Shown piece by piece: positions 35,837 to 47,309 of a stretch of 64,000 nucleotides of DNA. The position numbers and the translations under genes are program-made. Numbering within the stretch: position 1 is the stretch's first letter; each line of letters opens with the position of its first letter. The notes under the pieces are model-generated. The model did no database searches, was not told the origin of the DNA, and saw nothing but the letters and a program-made list of their open reading frames with translations. This DNA is from Mustelus asterias (Eukaryota): assembly GCF_964213995.1 (NCBI RefSeq), contig NC_135808.1:108810001-108874000 (forward strand), in the 5' to 3' direction.

Positions 35837-36836
35837 TATCCTGTTTATTTGATGTGCTGTCTGACAGGAACTGCTCACTGTATCAATTCTACCATGCTGG
35901 CAATGATGTGACTGACTACTTTGATGTGTTACACTAAGACTACATAGCTGCCCAAATGAAGAAAAGAAGGTCTATTATTAGCACCTAATAAAACCAGTTA
36001 ATTTAATGGTAGATGAGATTAATATATGTAATCTGTGGTCTTGATTAGCTATATTGTTCTTTATTCATAAGATTTATGATTTATACTTGGCATAAAACTG
36101 TTACTTTTGCTGCATTGTTTCAGTAGCAACAAATACTTATGTGTTTTTCAGATCTGCTTTCAGTATTGTAAATGTTTTTAAAAATGGACTTTGCATATTA
36201 TAAATTTCTCTAAACACTGCTGCCTGATATTGTGATCTGGAAATTAATATGATGTGGGGCAATATTGCAAAGTTTAGGCTGTTGCTTTTAACATTGCCAA
36301 AATATTCCAAGTTTTAAACTTAATCTCTGCTAATGATAACTTTGTCAAGACTATCTTAGTTTATGAACAGGTTTGTCATTCGTTAATGCCAGGGAAGAAA
36401 AGAGTTTTTTAAAATTCATTACTGTGCCACCATCTCCCCCAGCATTTAACACCATAGAGATATGGAGCTCAATTATCACATATGCTGCTTTTTCAAGAAC
36501 TTCAAAGATGTTTGAGGCTGCAGTCACATTAGCTCATTTGAAATTGAGAACGCACTCCCCATGAGATCTGCCAATGTTTAGAAGGTAGCAAACACCTCTT
36601 GAGGAATCCATACCTTATGTACAGACGCCATGTAACTGTGTGAAAATAACCCTTACTACCCTTCTGATACCTAGTTGATAAGAATGGCTCCAACCTCCTA
36701 GTTAATCCCACTCTACTGCTCGCTCAGCAGACGAAAGGCAGTAGCTGAGGGGATTCCTGATGTGGGGAGTAGCTATCTGAGCCCAACCACCTCCAGTACC
36801 TGGGGTACACAGATCCTGCCCTGCCCCTCACATTGT

Positions 36837-36975
36837 GGGCAGGATTCTCAGGTTTTGTCAGTGGTGTGATCCACTGTAAGCGAGAATGGATAATTTGGCG
36901 TTCCAGCCAAAACTCCATTAACTTTCAGCAGCGCCGGAAAATTCCAGCTGCAAACAAGGATGGAAGATTTTGGCC
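36837..36975. mobile_element. About 140-bp Harbinger-like MITE (relatives at 37350-37488, 63126-63250, about 3257-3400)
   Basis: Ends GGGCAGGATT ... GATTTTGGCC; the 37350-37488 copy is an inverted homolog. Confidence 0.55.
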
Positions 36976-38777
36976 AACTTAATCTTTCTGGATCCTGGGT
37001 GATTTTCTGTCCTCAGTGCCCTCCGAGTCAATGTTAGGAATATGTGTCAATAAAAACCTGCAGATATTTTGGATACTGAAAGCTTGGATACTGTACAGTG
37101 CGGATCGACACGGTTGTTCTCCAATACCAGTGAAAAGGCAGGATAACTTGGGGTATTCATCATTGAGAAGTGACCATATACAGGTATGTAACATTGTAAG
37201 CAATGCAGAAATGTTGACGTGGAAATTCAAACTGCACTGTGACAACAGGACAAGAGGTCACAGGTTCAAACTCGACTGAGATAAAATCAGAAACTGCTGG
37301 AAATATTCAGCAGGACAGGGAGCACCTGCGAACAGGGAAACAGAGTTAGCGGCCAGAATTCTCCAACCTCGCCCGCGACTGGGATTCGCCAGTCCCGCTG
37401 CAGTGAGTGGAGTTTTGGCTGAGTGCCAAATTCTCCGTTCTCGCTGGCAGGAGTGCCGAGGCGAATGCGATCGGAAAATCCCAGCCAGCTTATCAGGCCA
37501 GTAGTGACCTTTCTTTTGACCTGGAAGTATTTCCAGCATTTTCCATTTTTAGATTGGGGTTCCAGTACCTACAGTACGTTAATAAAATATTTAGTAAAAG
37601 ATTGATGTCAGGCGAAATTGTCATGCAAAGTGCGATCAACACAGGGAATGGAATGCTGGATGCAGTGTTGATGACATCAATCTCAAGTTCATTAAGGAAC
37701 AGTTTGATGATGTGAGGGACTGGCTGGATGCACGCGCTATGATGAGGCGAATGTATCTGATATTATGGAGTCACGCAAAAACCCCAGAAAACAAAATAAA
37801 AGAATTGGGAAAATGATGCATCTTAAAATAACAAGTAAATTAAACACCCTAAGCACACCCTTACAGTGAAATAATTACTCTGTGCGTGAAAACAAACATA
37901 TAGGCCTGGATTTTCTTCCTCAAGCAGGAGGGAAGAAAATTCTCAGTTTGGATGTCCTTCTCAGGAGAAAGTGTCCAACAAACTGGGTGGCTCTTGGCTG
38001 GAGTCGGATCAGACGACTCGGGAAGATGCTCGGATGCGGAGACAGGCTGTTTAAATTCCCGCCTCAGTACTGTGGGACTTCAGCCCAGTTAAAATACAAA
38101 CACAAAGGGCCTTAGGCTCTCACCTTCCCACCCCATCACCCTCAAACACTCCACATTCCCCCTCCATGCCACCTCATGCCCCCTATGCCAAGCTCTCTTG
38201 ATAACTTATCTCTCAAGATAAACTTATCTTTCACCTGATTCCTCTGGGGGTCTCTTTAAATCTGGACCATAAAACCTGCAGAGGAGTGAGACATGCCTAT
38301 CTCAGCAATGGAGCCGGCCAGGCCAGGAGTGCTGGATGTGGGCTTTTGACAGGAACCAACCTGCAACCTTTCCTGAAAATCAGACAGCCTGGGAATCAGA
38401 TTGGGAATTCCAGAATCGGTATCCACCTGCCATTTCTAAAGGGCTCCTGGGTCATCCTGACTTGGTGAAAATCCAGATTAATGGTTTCTGTCATTTTCTT
38501 TACATTAGTGGAAGAGGAAACAAGGTCAATTTCTACGCCGGAGGGATTTTCTCGCTTAATTGTGCCCAACCCTCGACAAATCAGAAACGCCATTTATATT
38601 TAATTTATAATGCATGGATTGTCCCCCAAAGTTAGACTGTCCTTTCATGTTGGCATTGCCAGGGGGCTGTGCCATGAGGTCTGTCTCTGCGGATGGGTTC
38701 TGTGTCCATGGGAAAGGTGTTCCATGTCCCTGAGGGGAGAGTGGAGTTTTGTGCCCATGGGGTGTTTGCTGTTGGAC

Positions 38778-39073
38778 AGCACGGTGGCACACTGGTTAGC
38801 ACTGCTGCCTCACAGCGCCAGGGACCCAGGTTCGATTTGTGGCTTGGGTCACTGTCTGTGCGGAGTTTGCATGTTCTCCCCATGTGTGTTTCCTCCGGGT
38901 GCTCCAGTTTTCTCCCACAGTCTGAAAGATATATTGGTTAGGTGCATTGGTCATGCTAAATTCTCTCTCAGTGTATCTGAACAGGCGCCGGAGTGTGGCG
39001 ACTAGGGAATTTTCACAGTAACTTCATTGCAGTGTTAATGTAAGCCTACTTGTGACACTGATAAATAAACTTT
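38778..39073 (+). mobile_element. HE1/V-SINE-like SINE, type B
   Basis: Full head, body and type B tail. Confidence 0.85.
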
Positions 39074-39627
39074 AAAAACGTTTCATCAGGGCATCCTTTA
39101 AAAAGGGCAATCTTTCAAGAGCCTGAGCTGCTGGTAGGGCAGACTCATGAGAGCTCATCCCACAAGCATGACATCTTGGGACCTGTTTCTTACTTTTTAT
39201 TGACTTAAGTATCACAAAATCTGGCGGGAATAGCCGACACTTTAGCTGGCAGGCTACACCCTGCTTTTCCTGCCTCAATGGATACTTAGCCAAAGAAAAT
39301 TGAGTGACGCAGAGGCAGTTCACCCCAGCTGCCCCTTCATCCCATGGAGTCACCAGAGGTCCACGAGCAACCCTAGGGAGAAGGAAGCGCTGGAATCCAT
39401 CCTGGGGCCATTCACCCAGGAGACTCCGGCAGTCTCCAGCCCTTCTGAATCCCCTCTTCCTGACACCGGTGCATCTCTAGGGCAGTGGGCTGAACAGGGT
39501 GGCATGGTTACGTCAGTGACACCTGAAAGTTAGCCGGGGCCCTCCCGGTCCCGGCCCTCCAGAGGAGACCCCCCCAAGGGCATCACAGCCTACAGGGTGC
39601 GGGAGACAGCAGGCCACCTCCACTTGT

Positions 39628-40740
39628 GGGCCGCGATTCTCCCAAAAGTGCTGAATTTGGCAGGAAAACTGTTCTAAATCCCGACCGTGCTGTCAGTTCA
39701 GCTTCTCACCTGAATCTCCGCACTCTGGGCACTAAAGAGGTCCCAGTCTTAAATCTCATTAAAAACCTGGGGCTTATTTGCACCGGAGTTTGACAGCTGT
39801 GGAACTCGGCGCATGAGCAGTGGTCCCAAACTGCCAACCTCCCGTTTGCTGGCCAGCCTGATCGCTGGCCAGCCTGGGACCCCTGCAGTGCTGCCCCTCC
39901 AGCACCCCCCCCCCCTCAACACACACACAGCCCAATCGCGGCCCCAACAACAATTCCTGGGCCAGCCTCAGAGCGCCCCAATGTCCAGGCCCCACCCCCC
40001 CCCCAGCAGCGGTGATCCTCCCACCCCCCTCACCCTGGCAGATCACCCCCCCCCCCCCTGCTGACACCCCCCTCTTCCCTGGGGTGTGACCCCCTTCTGT
40101 GGCGGCCGCTCCCCCCCCCTGGCAGACCATCCCCCCCAGCCCGCCCAAATCACTGCCCTCCCTCCATCCCAGACCGATCCCAACGCAGAATGGCAGCAGG
40201 ACCCCACACCCCCAATGATCGCTCCTCGGCCCTGCCCACAGTAGGCCCCGCCCCCTTGACAGTGCCCGGTGGGCAGTGGCAAGATGCCCCCTGGGCATGG
40301 GCACTTTGCCCCTTGGGCAGTGCCAGGGGCATAGGCTGTGGCACTGCCAGGGTGCCCATGCCCAGAGGGCACCACCCTCCCGCTGCCCAACTTCCTGGAG
40401 GGCCCCCGTTGCCCCCTTTTATTCCGACGGGTCTCCCGCTAGTTCCCCGAACGTGGGGAGCTAGTCTGAACCCTGCCGGAATGAAATACTCCTGGCGGGG
40501 TGGGAAATTCAATCGGGACCTGAAATTAACTTATATGCATATTTAAAACAGATTAAAAACAGATTTATATCACTTACCTGCCTTCCCACCGGTTTCCAGC
40601 TGACCGGTGACTGTTCACCGGCTCTGGGAGATGTGCATGTGTTCTGGAGCATGCACAAATCCTTGTTCAAGGCCGCAGACGCGCGTCTCCCACCGTGACC
40701 CGACAGAAAAGTTGCAGATCACATGGGAGAATCGCAGCCC
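39628..40740. mobile_element. Non-autonomous PIF/Harbinger-like DNA transposon
   Basis: 17-bp TIRs GGGCCGCGATTCTCCCA / TGGGAGAATCGCAGCCC (1 mismatch); homolog of 8994-9820. Confidence 0.8.
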
Positions 40741-42138
40741 TGATGTGCATGCTGGGGAAACACCTAGACGTTTGGGCTCGGTCACAAAATTTTAAGAAGA
40801 CTTAACAGCACCGAGAGGGTACGGGTGAAAGCAAACACCACAGTTAGGGATAGGATAAGTGCCAATGTAAATGTGCACCATTGCAGAATATTGCACCTCA
40901 AAGCCACAACTCCTCAGTCTTTGACCTGATTCCCACAGGGAGTTTATCTTCCCATCTGTAATCAGAATCTCCTGCAGATCACCAATCAATCCCAACAGCG
41001 AGAGCCATGGAGACCCTCATTAACCGACATCCTGGAATGTTAGCCTCATCACTCACTTAACCCCAAGCCTTGCCCTGCTCACCCCCATCACCAGAGCATT
41101 GGGCCAAACAATAGTGCCCCAAACCCTCAACGCAGCCATAAAATTGCAGCCAACATGGTTTCTCTCTCCACAAATGCTGCCAGACCTGCTGAGTTTATCC
41201 AGCATTTTCTGTTTTTATGTCAGATTTCCAGCATTCTCACACTTTGTTTTTAATATAGGAGAATAGTCTGACCGATCAAAATTTGGGAGCTGTCAACCGT
41301 AGCTCTTTGCCTGGATAGCTTAAAAAGCCTTGCCCTGACTCCCTGACAACTGCATACAAAGCATTCTGTGTCTCCAGTGCAAACATATGCAAATTCAGAG
41401 ATGCAGATAAGTCTGTGTTGATTCCCAATCAGTGGCCTTGAACACCCGGTGCTGAAGAATTTCCCTGGCTTCTATGGGATGCGAAACATCCCCAAACTGG
41501 AGGGATTCTCTTCTGAGTCTGAGACAAAGGCTCATCTGGGGGGAAAGCAGAATATGTCTTGCCTTGCAAATATCCATAACTGAAAGCACCTCAGTGCTAA
41601 TACTGGGTTGGAAAATATTCTATTCCCTTATGTTGCCTTCCCTCATATCTAACAGGCAGAGAAATACTCTGCAACAATACAAAAAGGGACAGTTCAATAT
41701 ATGAAATGGATAATGTTCTGCCTCACTGACTGGCTTATGAATGAGGACTTATGCTGTCCAAACATGTGCATAGAATCTTGTCTAAAATCCAATTGTGTAA
41801 TTATTTGCACAATAATCTCTAACTGCTGATGAGCCTTTTGATTGCAGGAGAATAATTGAAACATTCTGGCTGAAGTTGTTTCTGGTCATTTCCTCTGCTA
41901 TTTGCCTGCCTTCCTGGTTACTAAAAGGAACAATACAAGCATGATGAAGCTTCTCCAAAGTGGATGGCAAGCCGGAAGCTACCGCAGACCTGTGATACCA
42001 TATAAACCTCCAGTGCATGGCAATGTTATGGAAAAAGTAATTGTGGAAAATTACCTCATCGCAAATTATGTGATTTGAACAAGAGGAGAGGTGTGAAAGA
42101 CAAGTTCAGGGCTGATACCATCTGAACACTGATCAACA

Positions 42139-42490
42139 GGGCGGCACGGTAGCACAGTGGTTAGCATTGCTGCTTCACAGCTCCAGGGACCTGGGTTCGA
42201 TTCCCGGCTCGGGTCACTGCCTGTGTGGAGTTGGTGCATTCTCCTCGTGTGTGCGTGGGTTTCCTCCGGGTGCTCCGGTTTCCTCCCACAGTCCAAAGAT
42301 GTGCAGGTTAGGTTGATTGGCCATTGTAAAATTGCCCCTTAGTGTCCTGAGGTTTGTAGATTAGAGGGATTAGCGGGTAAAAATATGTAGGGATATGGGG
42401 GTAGGGCCTGGGTGGGATTGTGGTCGGTGCAGACTCGATGGGCCGAATGGCCTCTTCCTGCACTGTAGGGTTTCTATGATTTCTATGATT
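42139..42490 (+). mobile_element. HE1-like SINE, type A
   Basis: Full-length, near-identical to 15947-16287. Confidence 0.9.
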
Positions 42491-42894
42491 ACAAAATGGA
42501 TTTTCCAATATAGTAATTGAGATGAAAATTCTGCATTCACTTCAGAGCCAGATGCTGCAATGGCAGATGATTACAGATGTTTCTGAATATGAGTTAAATA
42601 ACATGCCCTGATCTGAATTAACTCATGATATTGTCCCAGGCTCTCTACTCTTTAAATAATGGTTCAGATTTCATACTCAGTTATTGACAGAATGGTGTTC
42701 TTCCTTCATGAGGTTTACTGCTGTCCAACTAAGACCTCATGCCTAGCAACCCACATTCATCAGGAGTCCAATGCAACACAATACACTATACAAGGGAGCC
42801 TCTGTGGATAGGGCAACTACCATGTCTTTCTTAACCAATCGAAATGAAGAATCCTTACTGAGACATGCAGGGTAGAATTTCACCCCCTCTCGCC

Positions 42895-42931
<37 letters not shown>

Positions 42932-43408
42932 GGATTTAATGCAGGTGAAACAAAGTGGCGGGAGCAAGTTCTCACCTGCCATATTGGATCACCATTCCTG
43001 CCAGAGCCTGGCATGCAACCGATTTGTATCCTATTAATAAGATGAAGGCCTGACTGAAATCGTTTCGCCCCACCCTCCACGCCCCCTACACGGCAGCAGG
43101 AAATCACGCTGAACCAGAACACATCTGGCCCAACATGGCATGAACATGTCAGCAGTTACCTGAAGAATGCCTGGTGCTGCTTGTGGAGATCAGACAAGAA
43201 GATGGAGGCCTCCAGCAACTAGGCGCAGGAACACCACATACAGTAGGTGAGCGGAGCAACTACGACTTGGGTCTTCTGACTTCAGGATCTTCCAGGAGAT
43301 GGATCTTATATCTTCAACATTGGGTCGGTCGCTGTCCGGCACCTTTTAAATATGGCGCGCGGATATGACGGCAGAGCACGTACCATCCAACCTGCCCTGC
43401 CACATGAT

Positions 43409-43773
43409 TTTTTAAAAATACTTTTCCAATTCAATCAAATCAAATCCAATTCAGAGTCTCAACAAGTTGAGACATTTCAGATCCAGGCTGACAAGACAGG
43501 GCAGGCGACCAAACCACCCTGTCCTGGGCCCGATCTACATGAGCCAAGCTGATTGGAGAAGGGGGAGGTTCCTCCTCCAAGACTTAGGCTCATTTGCATC
43601 CTAGCCAAAAGGCCGAGATGCCGCTTTTAAAAATTGCTTCATATGAAACATATGAAGCCTCAGCGTAACCTAATGACCTCAACCAAGTGCAGCATCCTCT
43701 CCATGCTACACTTGATCTTAGCCAAAAGGCCGAGAAGCGAACAGATACTACACTTGATCTTAGCCAAAACGCC
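43409..43773 (-). mobile_element. U2 snRNA-headed, structured SINE-like retroelement
   Basis: U2 nt 11-45, nt 2-36 and an internal nt 7-23; multiple hairpins; short A-tail; TSD GCCACATGAT 43399-43408 / 43774-43783. Confidence 0.8.
43706..43773 (-). pseudogene. RNU2: Tandem U2 snRNA 5' fragments (not a functional U2 gene)
   Basis: TCGCTTCTCGGCCTTTTGGCTAAGATCAAGTGTAG matches vertebrate U2 as recalled; Sm site and 3' stem-loops absent. Confidence 0.9.
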
Positions 43774-43816
43774 GCCACATGATACATCAGGAAACCCTGG
43801 ACATAATTCATCAGGA

Positions 43817-44054
43817 TGTGGAGATGCCGGTGTTGGACTGGGGTGAACACAGTATGCAACCACAGTATGCAAGGCCTGGCTGGCTGTAGGGATTCGCATT
43901 CTAATCAGTATTCTGTAACTTGATTTTGTGTCTCTGTGCCCTGTTTGAGAGCACATTTCCACTCCATCTGACGAAGGAGCAGCGCTCCGAAAGCTTATGG
44001 TATTTGCTACCAAATAAACCTGTTGGACTTTAACCTGGTGTTGTTAAAACTCTT
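43817..44054. mobile_element. Penelope-like insertion: inverted tail plus pLTR fragment with hammerhead (43964-44000, +)
   Basis: Homologous to 2830-3012; duplication ACATAATTCATCAGGA 43801-43816 / 44055-44070 (includes 2-nt microhomologies at each end). Confidence 0.9.
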
Positions 44055-45084
44055 ACATAATTCATCAGGACAGGATTCCGCAATACGGTGTGCACCTCTG
44101 CAGTGAGAAACTCCCCCTGTTCTCGCCCCCACCACAGGACTTAGTCCCAAAAGAAAAGATTCGGCCCACAGAGTCTGAACCAGGAAACGTTAGTTAAACT
44201 AGTTAATTCATTGCAAAGCCAAAGAAAGAGAGGGAAGGAAAAATGGGATTAAGAGCGATAAGAGAGAAAAAGTGTTATGTATTGTATATTTTGTCTGGCT
44301 TGCTGTACTTTGCAAGCCAACGCATTGTACGATCACAGATCCTTTTTTTCTTATTAGTCTGACTGTGATAGCAATAAAGAACAGTTGCAATATTAATTAC
44401 CTCCTGTGTGTACTTGTGTACCTTTTGATCCCATAAGGTATCAGGATCAAAAACACAACAAAGTAAAAATGAAATTATTTTTAAATTTCTTTAAGATTTC
44501 CAACTTGAATTAAAAGCTGAAGGATTAGGATTTCACACTGATAAAACTACATTTTCCGTGCCTGAGAAAGGTTGTTTGGTAAAATTAAAACTTATTCTGT
44601 GAAAAATGCACCAGCATTTGAATGGACGAAGCATGACCAGTTCTGTTCTGTTTAGTAGGAACAAATAGGTGAGTACGGCAACTTCATGCCCTGCATGTAT
44701 TTAAATGCTGAATCCCTTCACAAGGTAAGGGCAGCAAAGTTTCTGAAGGAGTTAACAAATTTGGCAGCATTTGTTATTTCCCAGGTTTCGCTGCGAATAA
44801 CAGAAGTTGCTATCAGATTTACTACTTAATAACACTGAATGTTGAGACAGCCTCAGTGTTATTCTAACCACAAAATCCTGATCAATATATTGTATAGAAT
44901 GCAGCTTTTCCAGAAATGTAACTTTTAATTTGGCATTTTGCACGAGGTGAATCCATAAACTATTACAATGTACATGAGCAGAAAAGACCTTTAGATTCAA
45001 AAGACTAGCCCCAGAGTAACTTTCAAAAGGGAATTGGATATATATTTGGAAGGGGGAAATGCAGGGCAATTGGGGAAAATTTAG

Positions 45085-45338
45085 TTATTAGTGTCACAAG
45101 TAGGCTTACATTAACAGTACAATGAGGTTACCGTGAAAATCCTAGTTGCCACACTCCGACTCCTGTTGGGGAACACTGAGGGAGAATTCAGCATGGCCAA
45201 TGCACCTAACCAGCACACCTTTGGGAGGAAACTGAAGCACCTGGAGGAAACCCACGCAGACAAAGGGAGAATGTGCAGACTCCAGGAATCGAACTTGGAT
45301 CCCTGGTGATGTGAGGCAGCAGTGCTAACCGTGTCGCC
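45085..45338 (-). mobile_element. HE1/V-SINE-like SINE, type B (internal deletions)
   Basis: Homology to other copies. Confidence 0.75.
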
Positions 45339-46159
45339 CATTCTGTGATTAATTGGGTAGCTCTTTCAAAGAGCTAGTATAGGCATGGTGGGCTGAATGG
45401 TCACTGTATCATTCCCTGATTCCTTGCTTCTATGATAAAATCAATGGTATTCATTTCAATGGTCGTCATCAAATAGAAGACTAGGTGAACCTTGACAAGA
45501 GATTAAAACCCATAACTTTCCATCTACAATCAAGCGATCAGAAAGCGTATTCTTATCATCTAAATTGGGATAATTTCAATTCCCCCATCAGCTGGCTCAG
45601 TGCAGACATGAATAAACATTGACCAATGCAGATTCTACAATAGTAAACATAAAGCATTATCAAACAAATAAAACATAGTTTAATTATGACGTGTGTTGTA
45701 TTCTTTGTTTGAATTCATTGTCAAGAAATGCTGGAGAGGTCAGCATTTACTGCCCATTCCAAGTTTCCCTTGAGACGCTATTGGTGAACCTCCTTCTGCA
45801 ACTGATGATTAACACATTCAGAATATTATTTCAGTGTAAGTTCATTTAAAATCACCATGTGGCCTTGCTCCCATGTGGCAATGGTGTGCAAATGGCAACA
45901 TATTAATGGGAAATTTTCTAAACAAAGGAAATGCTCAGTGATTACTTATACTGGGCCTTAAAGTGGACAAAATAAATTTGATCCAAGCAATAGATCAGCT
46001 TGCAGGTTGGCTTATAGGCAAAAGGATTGCACCATTTTAATGCAAGAGCAGTGGCTTCTTTGCAGTTGACTGCGTTAGATGTTTCAACTGTTGACAATAA
46101 ACCCTCATTTAAACTCTAACACACCTCAAGTTGTCAGAAAACAGTGTTGAAAGGTTTTA

Positions 46160-46880
46160 TAGTGCGGGGGATAGTGGTGTGACAGAGAGGGAGGGGTGTG
46201 TGACAGAGAGAGGTATGTGTGTGTGTGTAAAAGAAAGAGAGGTGAGTTTGTAAGAGAGAAGGGTGTATGCGACAGAGGAGAATGTGTGTCTGAGAGAAGT
46301 AGAGAAGTGAGTGTCTGTAGAGAGAGGTGAGTGTGTGTTTGTGTGAGAGAGATGTGTGTGTGTGTGAGAGGGGTGTGTGCGTGTGTGTAAGAGAAAGAGA
46401 GGTGAGTGTGTGAGAGAGAAGTGTGTGTGTGACAAAGAGAGGAGAATGTATGTCTGAGAGAGGTAGGTGTGTGAGAAGTCCGCGTGTGTGAGAGCGAGAA
46501 GTGAATGTGTGTGTGTGTGTGTGAGAGAGATGTGTGTTTGTGTGAGAGAGAGAGGTGAGGGTGTGTGTATATGTGAAAGAGATATGTGTGTGTGTGTTTA
46601 AGAGAAAGAGAGGTGAGTGTGTGAGAGAGAGAAGGGTGTGTGTAACAGAGAGGAGGGAGTGTGTGTCTGAGAGACGTAGGTGTGTGAGAAGTGAGTGTGT
46701 GTGAGAGCGAGAGGTAGGTGTGTGTGTGTGTGAGAGAGAGGTGTATGTGTGCATGTGTGTTTGTGTGTGAGAGAGAGGTGAGAGTGTGTGTACATGTGAG
46801 AGAGAGATGTGTGTGTATGTGTGTGTGTGTGTGTATATCTGAGTGGTGTGTGTGTGTGTATATGTGACAGAGAGGTGAGT
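46160..46880. repeat. Degenerate (GT)n/(GA)n compound microsatellite
   Basis: Recurring GAGAGGTGAGTGTGTGT-like units. Confidence 0.9.
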
Positions 46881-47309
46881 TTTTTTTCCATTCATGGGAC
46901 ATGGGCGTCGCTGGCTGGCCAGCATTTATTGCCCATCCCTAGTTGCCCTTGAGAAGGTGGAGGTGAGCTGCCCTCTTGAATCGCTGCAGTTAGTGTGCTG
47001 TGGGTTGACCCACAATGCTGTTAGGGAGGGAATTCCAGGATTTTGACCCAATGACTGCGAAGGAACGGCAATATATTTCCAAGTTAGGATGATGAGTGGC
47101 TTGGAAGGGAACTTGCAGGTGGTGGTGTTCCCATGTATCTGCTGTTCTTGTCCTTCTAGATGGAAGTGATTGCTGCAGTGCATCTTGTAGATGGTATACA
47201 TTGATGCTACTGAGCGTCAGTGGTGGAGGGAGTGGATGTTTATAGAAGTGGTGCCAATCAGGAGCTGCTCTGAAAGCTTGTGATTTCAAATAAAGCTATT
47301 GGACATAAC

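Larger units (their letters stand above)
42870..44167. mobile_element. Old Harbinger-like non-autonomous element hosting the U2-headed and Penelope-like insertions
   Basis: Ends GGGTAGAATTT ... AAGATTCGGCCC; (CA)n at 42900-42929. Confidence 0.45.

Noticed and set aside
43592-43599. Octamer ATGCAAAT (snRNA DSE motif) inside the U2-headed element
   Set aside because: It aligns with the diverged continuation of the internal U2 copy (AT-CAAGT) and lies downstream of the head, so a promoter role is unsupported.
43706-43773. Functional U2 snRNA gene
   Set aside because: Only nt 2-45 are represented; there is no Sm site or 3' half, and no recognisable PSE or 3' box.
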